From: Frankiaceae bacterium
GTDB lineage: Bacteria > Actinomycetota > Actinomycetes > BP-191
Assembly (NCBI GenBank): GCA_035536815.1
Contig: DATLNJ010000033.1
Span: 11,315-75,314, forward strand
Reading direction: 5' to 3'
DNA: 64,000 nt
Below are positions 9,758-20,304 of the stretch, one piece after another (within the stretch, counting starts at the first letter, position 1; the number at the start of each line of letters is the position of its first letter). The notes beneath the pieces were generated by a model that ran no database searches, had not been told where the DNA came from, and saw only the letters and a list, made by a program, of their open reading frames with translations. The position numbers and the translations under genes were made by a program.

Positions 9758-11662
9758 GTGAGCCGCCGTACCCGTCCCCGCCCGCTGCGCCTGCTGCTCG
9801 TCGCCGGTACCGCCCTCGCGGTCGCGGCAGGCTCGGTGCACGCCGCGCCCGCCCGGCAGCCGGCGCGCGTGTTCGACCCGCGCCCGCGGTCGGCCGAGCG
9901 CTACGACACCGCGGACCCGTCCGCCGACCCGCGGCGGCAGCGCACGTACGTGAAGGCAGCCGACGGCGTGCGGCTGTTCGTCGAGACGTGGCTCCCGGCG
10001 CCGCTCGGCGGGCGCGTGCCGCCGAAGCGCATCCCGACGGTGCTGATCATGACGCCGTACGTGAAGATGGGCGTGAAGCGGTACACCGGCACCCGCACCG
10101 ACATTGCGGAGTACTTCACCAGCCGCGGCTACGCCGTCGCGCAGGCGCACGTGCGCGGCACCGGCGAGTCCGGCGGGTGCCTGGAGCAGACCGCGCGCAA
10201 GCAGATCGACGACGGCGCGCGGATCGTCGAGTACCTCGGCCGCGACGCGCCGTGGTCGAACGGCCGGGTCGGCATGTACGGCATCTCGTACGACGGCGAG
10301 ACGCAGATCTCCGTCGCCGGTCTCGGCGACCCGCGCCGGACGAAGTACCTGAAGGCGATCGTGCCGGTCGCGTCGGTGTCCGGGCAGTACGAGTACTCGG
10401 CGTTCGACGGCGTCCCGTACGCCGGCCAGGCGCTCGGCTCCAACGCCACCTACCTCGGCGGGGTGAGCGCCCGCCCCGGGGACACGTCGTCGGCGGAGCA
10501 GTACGCGGCGAAGGCGACGTGCCAGCCGGAGATCGTCGCGGGCTCCGCCGACCAGAGCGGTGACATGACGCCGTACTGGATGGCGCGGGAGTACCGCGCC
10601 GGGGCGAGCCGCATCAAGGCGGCGACGCTGTACGTCCACGGCCTCACCGACTTCAACGTCCAGCCCATCGCGATGGCGGGGATGCTCGACCGGATCCCCG
10701 CGAGCACGCCCCGCGCGGGCCTCGTCGGGGTGTGGCCGCACGCGTTCCCCGACCACCACCCGGGCGTCCGCCCGGAGTGGGAGCGCGGCGACTGGCTCGA
10801 CATGGTGACCGCCTGGTACGACCGCTACCTCAAGGGCCTGCCGACCGGCGTCGAGAGCTGGCCGCGGGTACAGGTGCAGAGCAGCGACGGCCGGTGGCGC
10901 GCCGAGCGCGACTTCCCCGGCACCGGCGGACCGGTCGGGCAGCTCGCGCTGTCGGCCGGCGGCACGCTCGGCTCCCGCGATCCCAGCGGCTCGTCGTCGT
11001 TCGTCGAGAGCGACCCGCTCCGGGAGCCGCCCACCGCGGTGCGGTTCGAGACGCCGAAGGTCCGCGCGCCGTTGCACCTCACCGGCCAGCCGGTGCTCGA
11101 CCTGTGGGTCTCGACCGACCGCCCCGACGGGCACCTCGCCGCGGAGCTCACCGTCTACGGCGCCGACGGCGTCGTGCTCCGCCACACCGGCTCCGATGCG
11201 CAGGCGCTGTCGACGTACGGCTTCCGCTCGCTGCGGCACACCCAGCCGATCCGCGAGAACTGGTTCCGCCAGACGACCCCCAACGACGTGCCGTTGGTCA
11301 CCCCGGTCCGGGTCCAGGTCCGGTTCCACCCGACGGACCTCGTGGTGCCGGTCGGCGGCCGCCTGCGGCTGACCATCTCAGGGGTGCTGAGGTACTCCCG
11401 CACGTCGTCACCGTCAGGCACGGCCGCGCGGATCACGGTGTCGCACGACTGCGATGCGCCGAGCGTGCTGCGGTTCGTGACGCCGCGGCCCGACGCGACG
11501 TTGCTGGGCGTGCGGCTCAAGCACCAGGGGGGCGCGCCGCGCGCGCCGCGCGTCGCCCGGCGGTCCGTCGACGGCGGAGGCCTGGCGAGCGGGAAGGTGT
11601 GCGGGCGCCCGCCGCTCCGGCTGGACGCCTTCCGCCCCAGCAGGGACCTCGTCGGCCGCTGA
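9758..11662 (+). CDS. CocE/NonD (X-Pro dipeptidyl-peptidase S15) family hydrolase, secreted
   Basis: 634 aa. Signal peptide, then GTGESGGC and nucleophile-elbow-like MYGISYDG. Typical length and C-terminal beta-sandwich. Confidence 0.75.
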   Translation: MSRRTRPRPLRLLLVAGTALAVAAGSVHAAPARQPARVFDPRPRSAERYDTADPSADPRRQRTYVKAADGVRLFVETWLPAPLGGRVPPKRIPTVLIMTPYVKMGVKRYTGTRTDIAEYFTSRGYAVAQAHVRGTGESGGCLEQTARKQIDDGARIVEYLGRDAPWSNGRVGMYGISYDGETQISVAGLGDPRRTKYLKAIVPVASVSGQYEYSAFDGVPYAGQALGSNATYLGGVSARPGDTSSAEQYAAKATCQPEIVAGSADQSGDMTPYWMAREYRAGASRIKAATLYVHGLTDFNVQPIAMAGMLDRIPASTPRAGLVGVWPHAFPDHHPGVRPEWERGDWLDMVTAWYDRYLKGLPTGVESWPRVQVQSSDGRWRAERDFPGTGGPVGQLALSAGGTLGSRDPSGSSSFVESDPLREPPTAVRFETPKVRAPLHLTGQPVLDLWVSTDRPDGHLAAELTVYGADGVVLRHTGSDAQALSTYGFRSLRHTQPIRENWFRQTTPNDVPLVTPVRVQVRFHPTDLVVPVGGRLRLTISGVLRYSRTSSPSGTAARITVSHDCDAPSVLRFVTPRPDATLLGVRLKHQGGAPRAPRVARRSVDGGGLASGKVCGRPPLRLDAFRPSRDLVGR

Positions 11663-11700
11663 CCCCAGCCGTACGCCGCCTGACGGGTAGGTTCGCAGGC

Positions 11701-12030
11701 GTGGACGCCGAGGACAGCAAGCTCGTGACGCTCGCGCGCGCCGCGCTCGGCCGCGCGCTGGTCCGGACGATGGTGCCGGCCGGCGCCGCGGTGCGTGACG
11801 ACATGGGCCGCACCTACGCCGCCGCGTCCGTCGAGGTCGACGGCGCCAGCGTCACGGCGTTGCAGCTCGCGGTCGCCTCCGCGATCAGCAGCGGGGCGCG
11901 CGCGTTCGAGGCGGCCGCGATCGTGAGCGAGGACACCGCGCCGGACGAGGAGGGCAGCACCGCGCTCAACGCGTTCGGCCCCGTCCCCACCGTCATCCGC
12001 GCGCTGCCCGACGGGACGATCGTTGAGTGA
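11701..12030 (+). CDS. small conserved protein upstream of era (cytidine-deaminase-like fold)
   Basis: GTG at 11701 in frame with ORF 10732..12030. VDAEDSKLVTLARAALGRA ... AAIVSED. Position directly before era with an 8-nt overlap, as in other actinobacteria. Confidence 0.5.
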   Translation: MDAEDSKLVTLARAALGRALVRTMVPAGAAVRDDMGRTYAAASVEVDGASVTALQLAVASAISSGARAFEAAAIVSEDTAPDEEGSTALNAFGPVPTVIRALPDGTIVE

Positions 12031-12913
12031 GTTCCGGTCGGGCTTCGCCTGCTTCGTCGGCCGCCCGAACGCCGGGAAGTCCACCCTCACGAACGCGCTC
12101 GTCGGCACGAAGGTCGCCATCGCGAGCAGCAAGCCGCAGACGACCAGGCACGCCGTCCGCGGCGTCGTGAACCGCGACGACGCGCAGCTCGTCCTCGTGG
12201 ACACGCCCGGCCTGCACAAGCCGAAGACCCTGCTCGGCGAACGCCTCAACGACATCGTGCGCACGACGTGGTCCGAGGTGGACGTGGTGGCGTTCTGCGT
12301 ACCGGCCGACCAGCCGGTCGGGCGGGGCGACGAGTTCATCGCGAACGAGCTCAAGGCGTTGCGGACACCGGTCGTCGCGGTCGTGACGAAGGGCGACCTC
12401 GTCACCGACAAGCAGCGGATGGGGGAGCAGCTGCTCGCCGTGGCGCGCCTCGGCGACTGGGCCGACGTCGTGCCGTGCAGCGCCGTGACGCAGTGGCAGG
12501 TGGACCTGCTCGCCGACCTGCTCGTCGCGCGGCTGCCGGAGGGGCCGGTCCTCTACCCCGAGGGCGAGATCACCGACGAGCCGGAGATGGTGATGGCCGG
12601 TGAGCTGATCCGCGAGGCCGCGCTGGAGGGCGTGCGCGACGAGCTGCCGCACTCGCTCGCCGTCGTGGTCGAGGAGATGACGCCGCGCGAGAACGGCGAC
12701 CTCGTCGACGTGTACGCGGTGCTGTTCGTGGAGCGCGACAGCCAGAAGGCGATCGTCATCGGGAAGGGCGGCGAACGGCTGCGCGACGTCGGCACCCGCG
12801 CGCGGACGCAGATCGAGAAGCTGCTCGGCAGCCGGGTCTACCTGGACCTTCGGGTCAAGGTCGCGAAGGACTGGCAGCGCGACCCGAAGCAGCTGCGCCG
12901 CCTCGGGTTCTGA
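12023..12913 (+). CDS. era: GTPase Era
   Basis: G1 GRPNAGKSTL, G3 DTPG, TKGD, and a KH domain at the C-terminus. Confidence 0.95.
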   Translation: MSEFRSGFACFVGRPNAGKSTLTNALVGTKVAIASSKPQTTRHAVRGVVNRDDAQLVLVDTPGLHKPKTLLGERLNDIVRTTWSEVDVVAFCVPADQPVGRGDEFIANELKALRTPVVAVVTKGDLVTDKQRMGEQLLAVARLGDWADVVPCSAVTQWQVDLLADLLVARLPEGPVLYPEGEITDEPEMVMAGELIREAALEGVRDELPHSLAVVVEEMTPRENGDLVDVYAVLFVERDSQKAIVIGKGGERLRDVGTRARTQIEKLLGSRVYLDLRVKVAKDWQRDPKQLRRLGF

Positions 12914-12979
12914 GTACGGCACCGATCCCGCGATCCGTGCCCGGCCGAGGCGACCCGGCCGGGCACGGCGACGGGTGAC

Positions 12980-13531
12980 TCAGTCGGGCAGCAGGTCGTC
13001 GACGAGGACCTTCACCCGCGGGTCGACCTTGTGGCAGATGTCGCCGGCGACGTCCTCGCAGTCAGCCGCCCCCACCTTGAGCACGTACCACTGGCCCTGC
13101 GCGACGGTCTCCGGACCGCCCACGAAGCCGCAGCAGCCCCACTTCATGCCGAGCCGGGCGGTCACCGAGTGCAGGCCGGGCGACAGGTTGACCGTGCTGC
13201 GCACGGCCACACCGCACGGCGGCGCCGATGGGCAGACGGTCGGGTCCGGCGGGTAGTACGTCGGGCAGCTGGCCGGGACCTCGGTGTCACCGACCCACAG
13301 CCGGCAGGTCGTGACCCAGCCGAGGTCGCAGTGTGCCGGGGTGAAGCCGGGCCCCCGCGTGTCGAACGTCCCCACCACCTCGACCGGGTTGGTGACGGCG
13401 AAGACCGGGGCGCCGCCGACGAACTGGACGGTGCCTGTGCAGTGCGACGCCGCCGCCGGAACTGTTGCCGGCAGCGTGACCGCGCTCCCCGCGACGAGCG
13501 CCCCGACGATGGCCTTTCGGACGATGTGCAT
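12980..13531 (-). CDS. Cys-rich secreted hypothetical protein
   Basis: Start MHIVRKAIVGALVAGSAVTLPATVPAAAS (signal peptide). About 11 Cys in the mature part. No family recognised. Confidence 0.5.
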   Translation of the reverse strand: MHIVRKAIVGALVAGSAVTLPATVPAAASHCTGTVQFVGGAPVFAVTNPVEVVGTFDTRGPGFTPAHCDLGWVTTCRLWVGDTEVPASCPTYYPPDPTVCPSAPPCGVAVRSTVNLSPGLHSVTARLGMKWGCCGFVGGPETVAQGQWYVLKVGAADCEDVAGDICHKVDPRVKVLVDDLLPD

Positions 13532-13663
13532 GTGTCCCCCTCTGGGTGAATGAACGAGCGGGCGCATGCTGGCCCGCCCGAACGGACCCGGACAAGGGGG
13601 GTCGCGCCGTCTGGCGGAAACCCGTCAGGGAAACGTTCCCGCCGCGGACTGCGCGGTCAGCGC

Positions 13664-13699
13664 GTGGTCAGCGTGGTCAGCGTGGTCAGCGTGGTCAGC
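13664..13699. repeat. 4 x 9-bp perfect tandem repeat GTGGTCAGC
   Basis: Read directly. The last copy contains the stop codon of the GNAT gene. On the minus strand each unit carries an in-frame TGA. Confidence 0.9.
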
Positions 13700-14690
13700 G
13701 GACCTTCGCGACGTCGAGCTCCCAGCTCTCCCACGTGTGCTCGCACACGAAGCCGAGCCGGCGGTTGACCCGCAGCATGTGCTCGTTGGAGGCGGCGTTC
13801 CACGTCAGCACCGCCCGCGCGCCCGGCCGCTCCATCGCGCGCTGGAGGTTCGCCGCCTTCACCCAGAGGCCGAGGCCGTGGCCGCGGTGCTTCGCGGTCA
13901 CCGCGGTGTCCTCGTTCTCGATGACCTCCGGCCACTCCGGGTACCCGACGAGCTGGTTGAACGCCGCGAACTCGCCGCTCTCGCGATGCCGCGCGACGAC
14001 CGTCCAGAACTCGTGGCCGCGCCTGGCGATGCAGTCCTCGTACCGGCGTAGCCGCTCCGGCGTGAACGTCCAGTCCTCCATCGTGAGGTCGTCGCGCGGG
14101 GCGTCGTTCATCGACTGGTTGAGCCGCACGAACTCCTCCACCAGCTCGTCCGGCACCCGGCCGTCGAAGCGGACCAGCTCGTACCCCTCGGGCGCGGTCG
14201 CGGCCAGCGCGGCGACGTCGGCGCGGTCCACGGCGTCGAACCGCACGACGTTGACCTGCTCGACCGAGCCGAGCGTCCCGCCGCGCGAGGCGACCCACTC
14301 GCCGGCCGGTGACCCCTGCGGCGTCTCGACGTTGAGCAACGTGCGCCCGGCCGGCTCGGCGACGTCGGCCGCCGCGGCGGCGAGCGCGCCCAGGACGTCG
14401 GGCGTGCAGCGCTCCGGCGGCGCGTCGAAGTGCAGCCAGAGCCGGTTGCGGTTGTCGGGCGCCTCGTTCCACGAGATCTCGATGCCGGCGACCATCGCGT
14501 CGCCGTCGTACGCGACCCAGTAGTAGTTGCGCCGGTCCTCGGGGATGTGCCGCGCATCCGTGAGGATCGCCTCGCGAGTCGGCGGCAGCCCCGCCGGTGT
14601 CCAGGCAGGGGCGAGCTCCAGGCAGAGGTCCGCCCACGCGGTGGCGGTGGCCTCGTCGGCGGTAAGGGGGTCGAACGGCTCGATACGCAC
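13695..14690 (-). CDS. GNAT family N-acetyltransferase (two-domain)
   Basis: GTG at 14690 (VRIEPFDPLTADE). C-terminal acetyl-CoA motif TAVTAKHRGHGLGLWVKAANL. The longer ORF start would overlap the recO promoter and start. Confidence 0.75.
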   Translation of the reverse strand: MRIEPFDPLTADEATATAWADLCLELAPAWTPAGLPPTREAILTDARHIPEDRRNYYWVAYDGDAMVAGIEISWNEAPDNRNRLWLHFDAPPERCTPDVLGALAAAAADVAEPAGRTLLNVETPQGSPAGEWVASRGGTLGSVEQVNVVRFDAVDRADVAALAATAPEGYELVRFDGRVPDELVEEFVRLNQSMNDAPRDDLTMEDWTFTPERLRRYEDCIARRGHEFWTVVARHRESGEFAAFNQLVGYPEWPEVIENEDTAVTAKHRGHGLGLWVKAANLQRAMERPGARAVLTWNAASNEHMLRVNRRLGFVCEHTWESWELDVAKVR

Positions 14691-14751
14691 GCCTGCTTCG
14701 TACTGCGTGCGCCGCCGCCACGCCAGCGGGTTTCCGGAGGAGAATGAGCCG

Positions 14752-15474
14752 GTGACGCTGTACCGCGACCAGGCCGTCGTCCTGCGTACGCAGAAGCTCG
14801 GCGAGGCCGACCGCATCGTCACCATGCTCTCCCGGAGGCACGGCAAGGTCCGGGCGGTCGCGAAGGGCGTGCGCCGCACCAAGAGCCGGTGGGGCGGGCG
14901 GCTGGAGCCGTTCGTGCACGTGGACGTGCAGAACTACGCCGGGCGCGAGCTCGACATCGTCACGCAGGCGGAGATCGTGGACCCGTTCGCCGCGATGATG
15001 AACGACTACGAGCGCTACACCGCGGGCACCGCGATCCTCGAGACGGCCGACCGGCTCACCGAGGAGCGCGAGCCGTCGCTGAAGCTCTACCTGCTGCTCG
15101 TCGCCGCGCTCCGCGCGCTCGACTCTGGGGAGCACACGCCGGGGCTGGTGCTCGACGCGTTCCTGCTGCGCGCGCTCGCGGTCAGCGGCTACGAGCCCGC
15201 CCTCGACGACTGCGCCCGCTGCGGCGCCGACGGCCCGCACCGCTGGTTCGCCGTGTCGGCCGGCGGCGTGGTCTGCACCGCCTGCCACCCACCCGGGTCG
15301 GTGACGCCCGGGCCGGCCGCGATCGAGCTCCTGGCCGCGCTGCTCAACAGCGACTGGCCGGCCGCCGACGCCGCCGAGCCGCGGGTGCGCCGCGAGGCGA
15401 GCGGCCTGGTGTCGGCGTTCACGGAGTACCACCTCGACCGCCGGCTGCGTTCGCTCCCTATGGTGCAGCGATGA
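14752..15474 (+). CDS. recO: DNA repair protein RecO
   Basis: GTG at 14752 after [48 protein letters not shown]. Zinc motif CARCG...CTAC. Confidence 0.9.
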   Translation: MTLYRDQAVVLRTQKLGEADRIVTMLSRRHGKVRAVAKGVRRTKSRWGGRLEPFVHVDVQNYAGRELDIVTQAEIVDPFAAMMNDYERYTAGTAILETADRLTEEREPSLKLYLLLVAALRALDSGEHTPGLVLDAFLLRALAVSGYEPALDDCARCGADGPHRWFAVSAGGVVCTACHPPGSVTPGPAAIELLAALLNSDWPAADAAEPRVRREASGLVSAFTEYHLDRRLRSLPMVQR

Positions 15475-16259
15475 AGCCACAGCGGCCGGCGCCGCACCCG
15501 TCCGGCGCGCGGCCGCCGGCGTTGCCGAAGGGTGCCGTACCGCGGCACGTCGCGCTCGTCATGGACGGCAACGGCCGCTGGGCCAAGCAGCGCGGCCTGC
15601 CCCGCACCAAGGGCCACGAGGCAGGCGAGCACTCGCTGTTCGACTGCGTCGAGGGCGCCATCGAGGCGGGCGTCGAGTGGCTGTCGGCGTACGCGTTCTC
15701 GACCGAGAACTGGAAGCGCTCGCCGGAGGAGGTGCGCTTCCTCATGGGCTTCAACGAGAACGTGCTCGTCCGTCGCCGCGACGAGATGCACGCGCTCGGC
15801 GTCCGCGTCCGCTGGGCCGGCCGGCGCGAACGGCTCTGGCCGCGCGTGATCCGGCGGCTGGAGGAGGCCGAGGAGCTCACCAAGCGCAACAAGGTGCTGA
15901 CGCTGACCATGTGCGTCAACTACGGCGGCCGCGCGGAGATCGTGGCCGCCGTCCGCCAGATCGCCGCCGCCGCTTCGGAAGGGCGGCTGAACCCGGAGCG
16001 CGTGTCCGAGAAGACGCTCGCCCGCTACCTCGACGAGCCGGACATGCCGGACGTGGACCTGTTCATCAGGACGTCGGGGGAGCAGCGGGTCAGCAACTTC
16101 CTGCTGTGGCAGAGCGCGTACGCGGAGCTGGCGTTCGTGGACACGCTCTGGCCCGACTTCGACCGCCGCCACCTGTGGCGGGCGATCGAGGAGTACGCGC
16201 GCCGCGACCGCCGCTACGGCGCCGCCGAGCCCAGCGCTGCCGACGAGACCCCAGCATGA
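15471..16259 (+). CDS. uppS: isoprenyl (undecaprenyl/decaprenyl) diphosphate synthase
   Basis: ATGA overlap with rec[21 protein letters not shown] ... FSTENWKRS ... [16 protein letters not shown]. Confidence 0.95.
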   Translation: MKPQRPAPHPSGARPPALPKGAVPRHVALVMDGNGRWAKQRGLPRTKGHEAGEHSLFDCVEGAIEAGVEWLSAYAFSTENWKRSPEEVRFLMGFNENVLVRRRDEMHALGVRVRWAGRRERLWPRVIRRLEEAEELTKRNKVLTLTMCVNYGGRAEIVAAVRQIAAAASEGRLNPERVSEKTLARYLDEPDMPDVDLFIRTSGEQRVSNFLLWQSAYAELAFVDTLWPDFDRRHLWRAIEEYARRDRRYGAAEPSAADETPA

Positions 16260-16621
16260 GGCTCCAGCACGCGAACGTCGTCGTCCCGCGCGGCCTGACC
16301 GAGGAGGTCGCCGCGTTCTACGAGAACGTGCTCGGCCTGCGCCGCATCCCGAAGCCCGAGGTGCTGGCCGGGCGCGGCGGCGCGTGGTTCGACGTGGACG
16401 GCTACGCGCAGGTCCACCTCTCGGAGCGCGACGGCGCGGTGCACCGCGACAGCCACTTCGCGCTCGTCGTCGACGCGTACGACGAGACGCTGGCCGCGCT
16501 CGCTCAGAACGGCGCGCAGTGGACCGAGCAGGAGGACGTCTTCGGCGGCCGCCGCGGCTTCACCCGCGACCCGGCGGGCAACCGGATCGAGATCCTGGAA
16601 CGCGCCGGCACGCTCGAGTAA
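16256..16621 (+). CDS. VOC/glyoxalase family protein
   Basis: ATGA overlap with uppS. 121 aa. FYENVLGL ... HFALVV ... [10 protein letters not shown] pattern. Confidence 0.7.
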   Translation: MRLQHANVVVPRGLTEEVAAFYENVLGLRRIPKPEVLAGRGGAWFDVDGYAQVHLSERDGAVHRDSHFALVVDAYDETLAALAQNGAQWTEQEDVFGGRRGFTRDPAGNRIEILERAGTLE

Positions 16622-16736
16622 CGGCGCGCCGACCCGCCCCGACGTGGCCGTGGCGTGCCCCGGCGCGCCCCGACCCCAACCGACAGTGCGTGGGCACCCC
16701 TGCGCGTGCTCACGAGCACTGGCAGTTGGCGGAGGC

Positions 16737-17153
16737 TCAGGCGGCGAGCCGCGACAGGGCGTAGCCGATCACCAGCGCGATGACGACGACCCGGACCAGC
16801 TTGCCCGGCGTCGGGATCGCCGGCCAGGCGAGGAACGCCAGCCAGCCCAGCAGCGACGCGACGACCAGCAGCACCAACGGGCTGACCGGCGGCGCCGCGA
16901 GCAGGCCGGCGGCGACGAGGCCGAGCACGATCAGCCCCGGCACCGGCCGCGGCAGCCCGCGGAGGAACAACGCGACGACCGCGCTGCGCCGCTCCACCGC
17001 GTGCCGGAACGGCGACCCGCCCGGCGTCAGGAACGGCTTCGGGGTGGCGTTCTGCTGCGGCTCCCTGGGCCGCTGCGCGGACGCGCGCGGCGTGGGTCCC
17101 GACGGACGCGTCTTCTGCCGCCCGCGAGCCGGCGGGCGCTTGCGCTGAGCCAC
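16737..17153 (-). CDS. small membrane protein with basic N-terminus
   Basis: GTG at 17153 (VAQRKRPPARGRQK). Hydrophobic helices GLIVLGLVAAGLLAA, LVLLVVASLLGWLAFLAW, VVVIALVIGYAL. The upstream part of the ORF would collide with the divergent gene. Confidence 0.5.
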   Translation of the reverse strand: MAQRKRPPARGRQKTRPSGPTPRASAQRPREPQQNATPKPFLTPGGSPFRHAVERRSAVVALFLRGLPRPVPGLIVLGLVAAGLLAAPPVSPLVLLVVASLLGWLAFLAWPAIPTPGKLVRVVVIALVIGYALSRLAA

Positions 17154-17172
17154 GGGCGGTAGCGTTCCACAC

Positions 17173-17526
17173 ATGCTCGTCGTGACGCGCTTCGTGGTGC
17201 CGGTCGCCGACGACGCGTCGTTCCGTGCCGACGCGGCGGCCGCGCTGCGGGCGTTGGGCGAACGCCCCGGCTGGGTCGGCGGCCGCGTCGCGCGGTCCAC
17301 CGACGACCCCACCGCCTGGCTGCTGCTCACGGAGTGGGAGAGCGTGGGGGCGTACCGGCGGGCGCTGTCGGGGTTCGACGTGAAGATGCACGCGACGCCG
17401 CTGCTCGCGCGCGCGGTCGCCGAGCCGAGCGCGTACGAGGTCCTCGGCGAGGGCACCGAGAGCGACCGCGCGGCGGACGCGGACAGTGCCGGGCCCGGCC
17501 GGTACGCCGAGTCGCCGCGCGGATGA
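17173..17526 (+). CDS. ABM (antibiotic biosynthesis monooxygenase-like) domain protein
   Basis: 117 aa. MLVVTRFVV ... WLLLTEWESVGAYRRAL, typical ferredoxin-like ABM pattern. Confidence 0.6.
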   Translation: MLVVTRFVVPVADDASFRADAAAALRALGERPGWVGGRVARSTDDPTAWLLLTEWESVGAYRRALSGFDVKMHATPLLARAVAEPSAYEVLGEGTESDRAADADSAGPGRYAESPRG

Positions 17527-17963
17527 CGGCGACGACCGGCCGTACGCTGCCTGCCGTGTACCGCGCCGTCGCGCTCGCGCTGCTGCTCAGCGCCTGCGCC
17601 GGCGGCGACCCGGCGGGCGATGCCGCGAAGCCGTGCGACGGGCTGCTCGAACCGGCCGACCCGTCCGTCACGCTGCCCCCCCGCCTGCCGGCCGGCGTGG
17701 CCGACCCGGTCTTCTACAAGACGCAGCGGGCGGGCGCGACGACGCTGTGGTTCGCGCACGCATCGGGCGACGACGTCGTCGTCGTGCGCGACGCGATCGC
17801 CGGGACGTTCGAGAGCGCCGGCTTCACCATCGAGTCGCGCGACGAGGAGCCGCCCGCGGAGGCGGAGTTCCAGTTCACGGCGGCGAAGGACGAGGGCAGC
17901 GTGCAGGTGACGCCGCTGTGCGCCGGCCGCGTGACGGTCCGCTGGCGCCTCGGTCCTCGCTGA
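17523..17963 (+). CDS. putative lipoprotein
   Basis: ATGA overlap with the previous gene. Lipobox-like ALLLSAC after a basic/hydrophobic leader. Confidence 0.55.
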   Translation: MTATTGRTLPAVYRAVALALLLSACAGGDPAGDAAKPCDGLLEPADPSVTLPPRLPAGVADPVFYKTQRAGATTLWFAHASGDDVVVVRDAIAGTFESAGFTIESRDEEPPAEAEFQFTAAKDEGSVQVTPLCAGRVTVRWRLGPR

Positions 17964-17975
17964 CCCTGGCGAAAG

Positions 17976-18440
17976 CTACGCCGCCAACTCGCGCAACACG
18001 GCGGCGATCGTTCCGGCGTCCTTGAACGTGAGGCCGAGCGTCGCGACGTGCTTCCACCGCACGACGCCCGCCGCGTCGACGACGAACACCGCGCGGCGCA
18101 GGCCGAGCGGACCCATGACGCCGTACCGGCGGGCCACCGCCTTGTCGGTGTCCGCCAGCAGCGGGAACGTCAGCCCGCGCCGGGCGGCGAACCGCTCGTG
18201 CGACTCGACCCCCTGCGGCGAGATGCCGAGCACGGCCGCGTCCACCTCGTCGAACAGCGCGAGGTCGTCCTGGTACGAGCAGAGCTGCGTCGTGCACACG
18301 GGCGTGTCGTCGCCCGGGTAGAACGCGAGCACCACCGGCCGGCCGCGTAGCTCGGACAGCGCGTACCGCCGCGGCCCGTCCGGCGACGTGCCGTCCAGCA
18401 CGAAGTCGGGGGCCGGGTCGCCGAGGGCCGGTCCGGCCAT
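17976..18440 (-). CDS. bcp: thiol peroxidase / peroxiredoxin (Bcp type)
   Basis: GDPAPDFVL ... [19 protein letters not shown] active-site motif. Confidence 0.9.
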   Translation of the reverse strand: MAGPALGDPAPDFVLDGTSPDGPRRYALSELRGRPVVLAFYPGDDTPVCTTQLCSYQDDLALFDEVDAAVLGISPQGVESHERFAARRGLTFPLLADTDKAVARRYGVMGPLGLRRAVFVVDAAGVVRWKHVATLGLTFKDAGTIAAVLRELAA

Positions 18441-18533
18441 GTGGGTGCCTCCAAGTCGTTGTCACGCGGGTCCTGGCAGGGGATACCCTGCTGGTTCGCC
18501 GCCGACCGCCAGCCGGATTGGAACCTGCGCATC

Positions 18534-19916
18534 ATGCCTGCCGACCGCATGGACAACCTCGTCAGCCTCGCCAAGCGCCGCGGGTTCGCGTACCCGGGCT
18601 CGGAGATCTACGGCGGCCTGCGCGCGTCGTGGGACTACGGGCCCCTCGGCGTCGAGCTGAAGAACAACATCAAGCGCCACTGGTGGCGGACGATGGTGCA
18701 GAAGCGCGACGACGTCGTCGGCCTCGACTCCTGCATCATCCTGGCGCCCCAGGTGTGGGAGACCTCAGGTCACGTCACCGGGTTCTCCGACCCGCTGACC
18801 GAGTGCACGTCGTGCCACACGCGGCACCGCGCCGACCAGCTCGAGGAGCAGTACGAGGCCAAGCACGGCCGCCCGCCCGCCAACGGCCTGCGCGACGTCA
18901 ACTGCCCGAACTGCGGCACCAAGGGCCAGTTCACCGAGCCCCGCCAGTTCAACGGGATGATGAAGTCGTTCATCGGCGCCGTCGAGGACTCCTCCGCGCA
19001 GGTGTACCTGCGCCCGGAGACCGCGCAGGGCATCTTCGTGAACTACCTCAACGTCCAGCAGTCGGCGCGCCGCAAGCCACCGTTCGGCATCGCGCAGATC
19101 GGCAAGTCGTTCCGCAACGAGATCACCCCCGGCAACTTCATCTTCCGCACCCGCGAGTTCGAGCAGATGGAGATGGAGTTCTTCGTGCCGCCGGCCGAGG
19201 GCGACCGGTGGTTCGAGTACTGGAAGGCCGAGCGGATCGCGTGGTTCCGCGACCTCGGCATCCGCGAGGAGAACCTGCGCTTCTACGAGCACCCGAAGGA
19301 GAAGCTCGCGCACTACTCGCGCGGGACGTTCGACATCGAGTACCGCTTCGACTTCCCGCGCACCGAGTGGGCCGAGCTGGAGGGCGTCGCGTACCGCGGC
19401 GACTTCGACCTCGCGTCGCACGCGAAGGCGAGCGGCGTCGACCTGTCGTACTTCGACCAGGAGACGAACGAGCGCTACGTGCCGCACGTCGTCGAGCCGG
19501 CGCTCGGCGTGGACCGTACGGCGCTCGTCGTCCTGCTGGACGGCCTCACCGAGGACGAGGCGCCGACCGGCAAGGGCGGCGTCGAGAAGCGCACGCTGCT
19601 GCGCATCGACAAGCGCCTCGCGCCGGTGAAGGTGGCGGTGCTGCCGCTGTCGCGCAACGAGCGGCTGTCCCCGATGGCGAAGGAGCTGGCGCAGACGCTG
19701 CGCGAGCGGTGGAACGTCGACTTCGACGACGCCGGCGCGATCGGCCGCCGCTACCGCAGGCAGGACGAGATCGGCACGCCGTTCTGCGTGACCGTGGACT
19801 TCGAGTCGCTCGACGACAACGCCGTGACCGTCCGCGAGCGGGACACGATGACGCAGGAACGCGTCCCGCTCGCCGAGGTCGAGCGTTACCTGTCCGACCA
19901 GCTGCCGCTCTGCTGA
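18534..19916 (+). CDS. glyQS: glycine--tRNA ligase (alpha2 type)
   Basis: Start [39 protein letters not shown]. Class II motifs. 460 aa. Confidence 0.95.
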   Translation: MPADRMDNLVSLAKRRGFAYPGSEIYGGLRASWDYGPLGVELKNNIKRHWWRTMVQKRDDVVGLDSCIILAPQVWETSGHVTGFSDPLTECTSCHTRHRADQLEEQYEAKHGRPPANGLRDVNCPNCGTKGQFTEPRQFNGMMKSFIGAVEDSSAQVYLRPETAQGIFVNYLNVQQSARRKPPFGIAQIGKSFRNEITPGNFIFRTREFEQMEMEFFVPPAEGDRWFEYWKAERIAWFRDLGIREENLRFYEHPKEKLAHYSRGTFDIEYRFDFPRTEWAELEGVAYRGDFDLASHAKASGVDLSYFDQETNERYVPHVVEPALGVDRTALVVLLDGLTEDEAPTGKGGVEKRTLLRIDKRLAPVKVAVLPLSRNERLSPMAKELAQTLRERWNVDFDDAGAIGRRYRRQDEIGTPFCVTVDFESLDDNAVTVRERDTMTQERVPLAEVERYLSDQLPLC

Positions 19917-19941
19917 CGCACCGGGCCGGTCGGGTCAGGGC

Positions 19942-20112
19942 TCAGCAGTAGAGCAGGTCGGTGCCGTAGAGCTCGCGGTACGCGTCGTTCACCGGCCCGC
20001 AGGGCAGGCAGATGTCGGCGACCCACACGCAGACGATCGCCGACGCGGGGACCGGGGCGACCGACACGGTGGCCGCCGCGGTCAGCGCGGCGGCGGCGAG
20101 CAGCCGCCGCAT
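19942..20112 (-). CDS. small secreted 4-Cys peptide, paralog A (56 aa; below ORF-track cutoff)
   Basis: Own translation MRRLLAAAALTAAATVSVAPVPASA|IVCVWVADICLPCGPVNDAYRELYGTDLLYC. Its start overlaps the stop of paralog B (TGATG). Confidence 0.65.
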   Translation of the reverse strand: MRRLLAAAALTAAATVSVAPVPASAIVCVWVADICLPCGPVNDAYRELYGTDLLYC

Positions 20113-20282
20113 CAGGCGCAGGCCAGGTGCTCGCCGGTCGCCGCGTGGTACACGACGTCCGCGGTGAGGCAGACGCTGACACAGATCTTTTTGTACTCGA
20201 CCTCGCAGTGCGTGGCGGACGCGGGCGTGGTCGTCGCGAAGCCGGCCGCGACGAGCGTGGCGGCGAGCAGCAGACGGCGCAT
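20112..20282 (-). CDS. small secreted 4-Cys peptide, paralog B (56 aa; below ORF-track cutoff)
   Basis: Own translation MRRLLLAATLVAAGFATTTPASA|THCEVEYKKICVSVCLTADVVYHAATGEHLACA. GAAGGAG lies 6 nt upstream of the ATG. Confidence 0.65.
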   Translation of the reverse strand: MRRLLLAATLVAAGFATTTPASATHCEVEYKKICVSVCLTADVVYHAATGEHLACA

Positions 20283-20304
20283 GGGGTGCTCCTTCGGGTA
20301 GGGG

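Noticed and set aside
10732-12030. 432-aa ORF overlapping the CocE/NonD gene
   Set aside because: Only the last 110 codons (from GTG at 11701) lie outside the upstream gene and show a plausible protein sequence.
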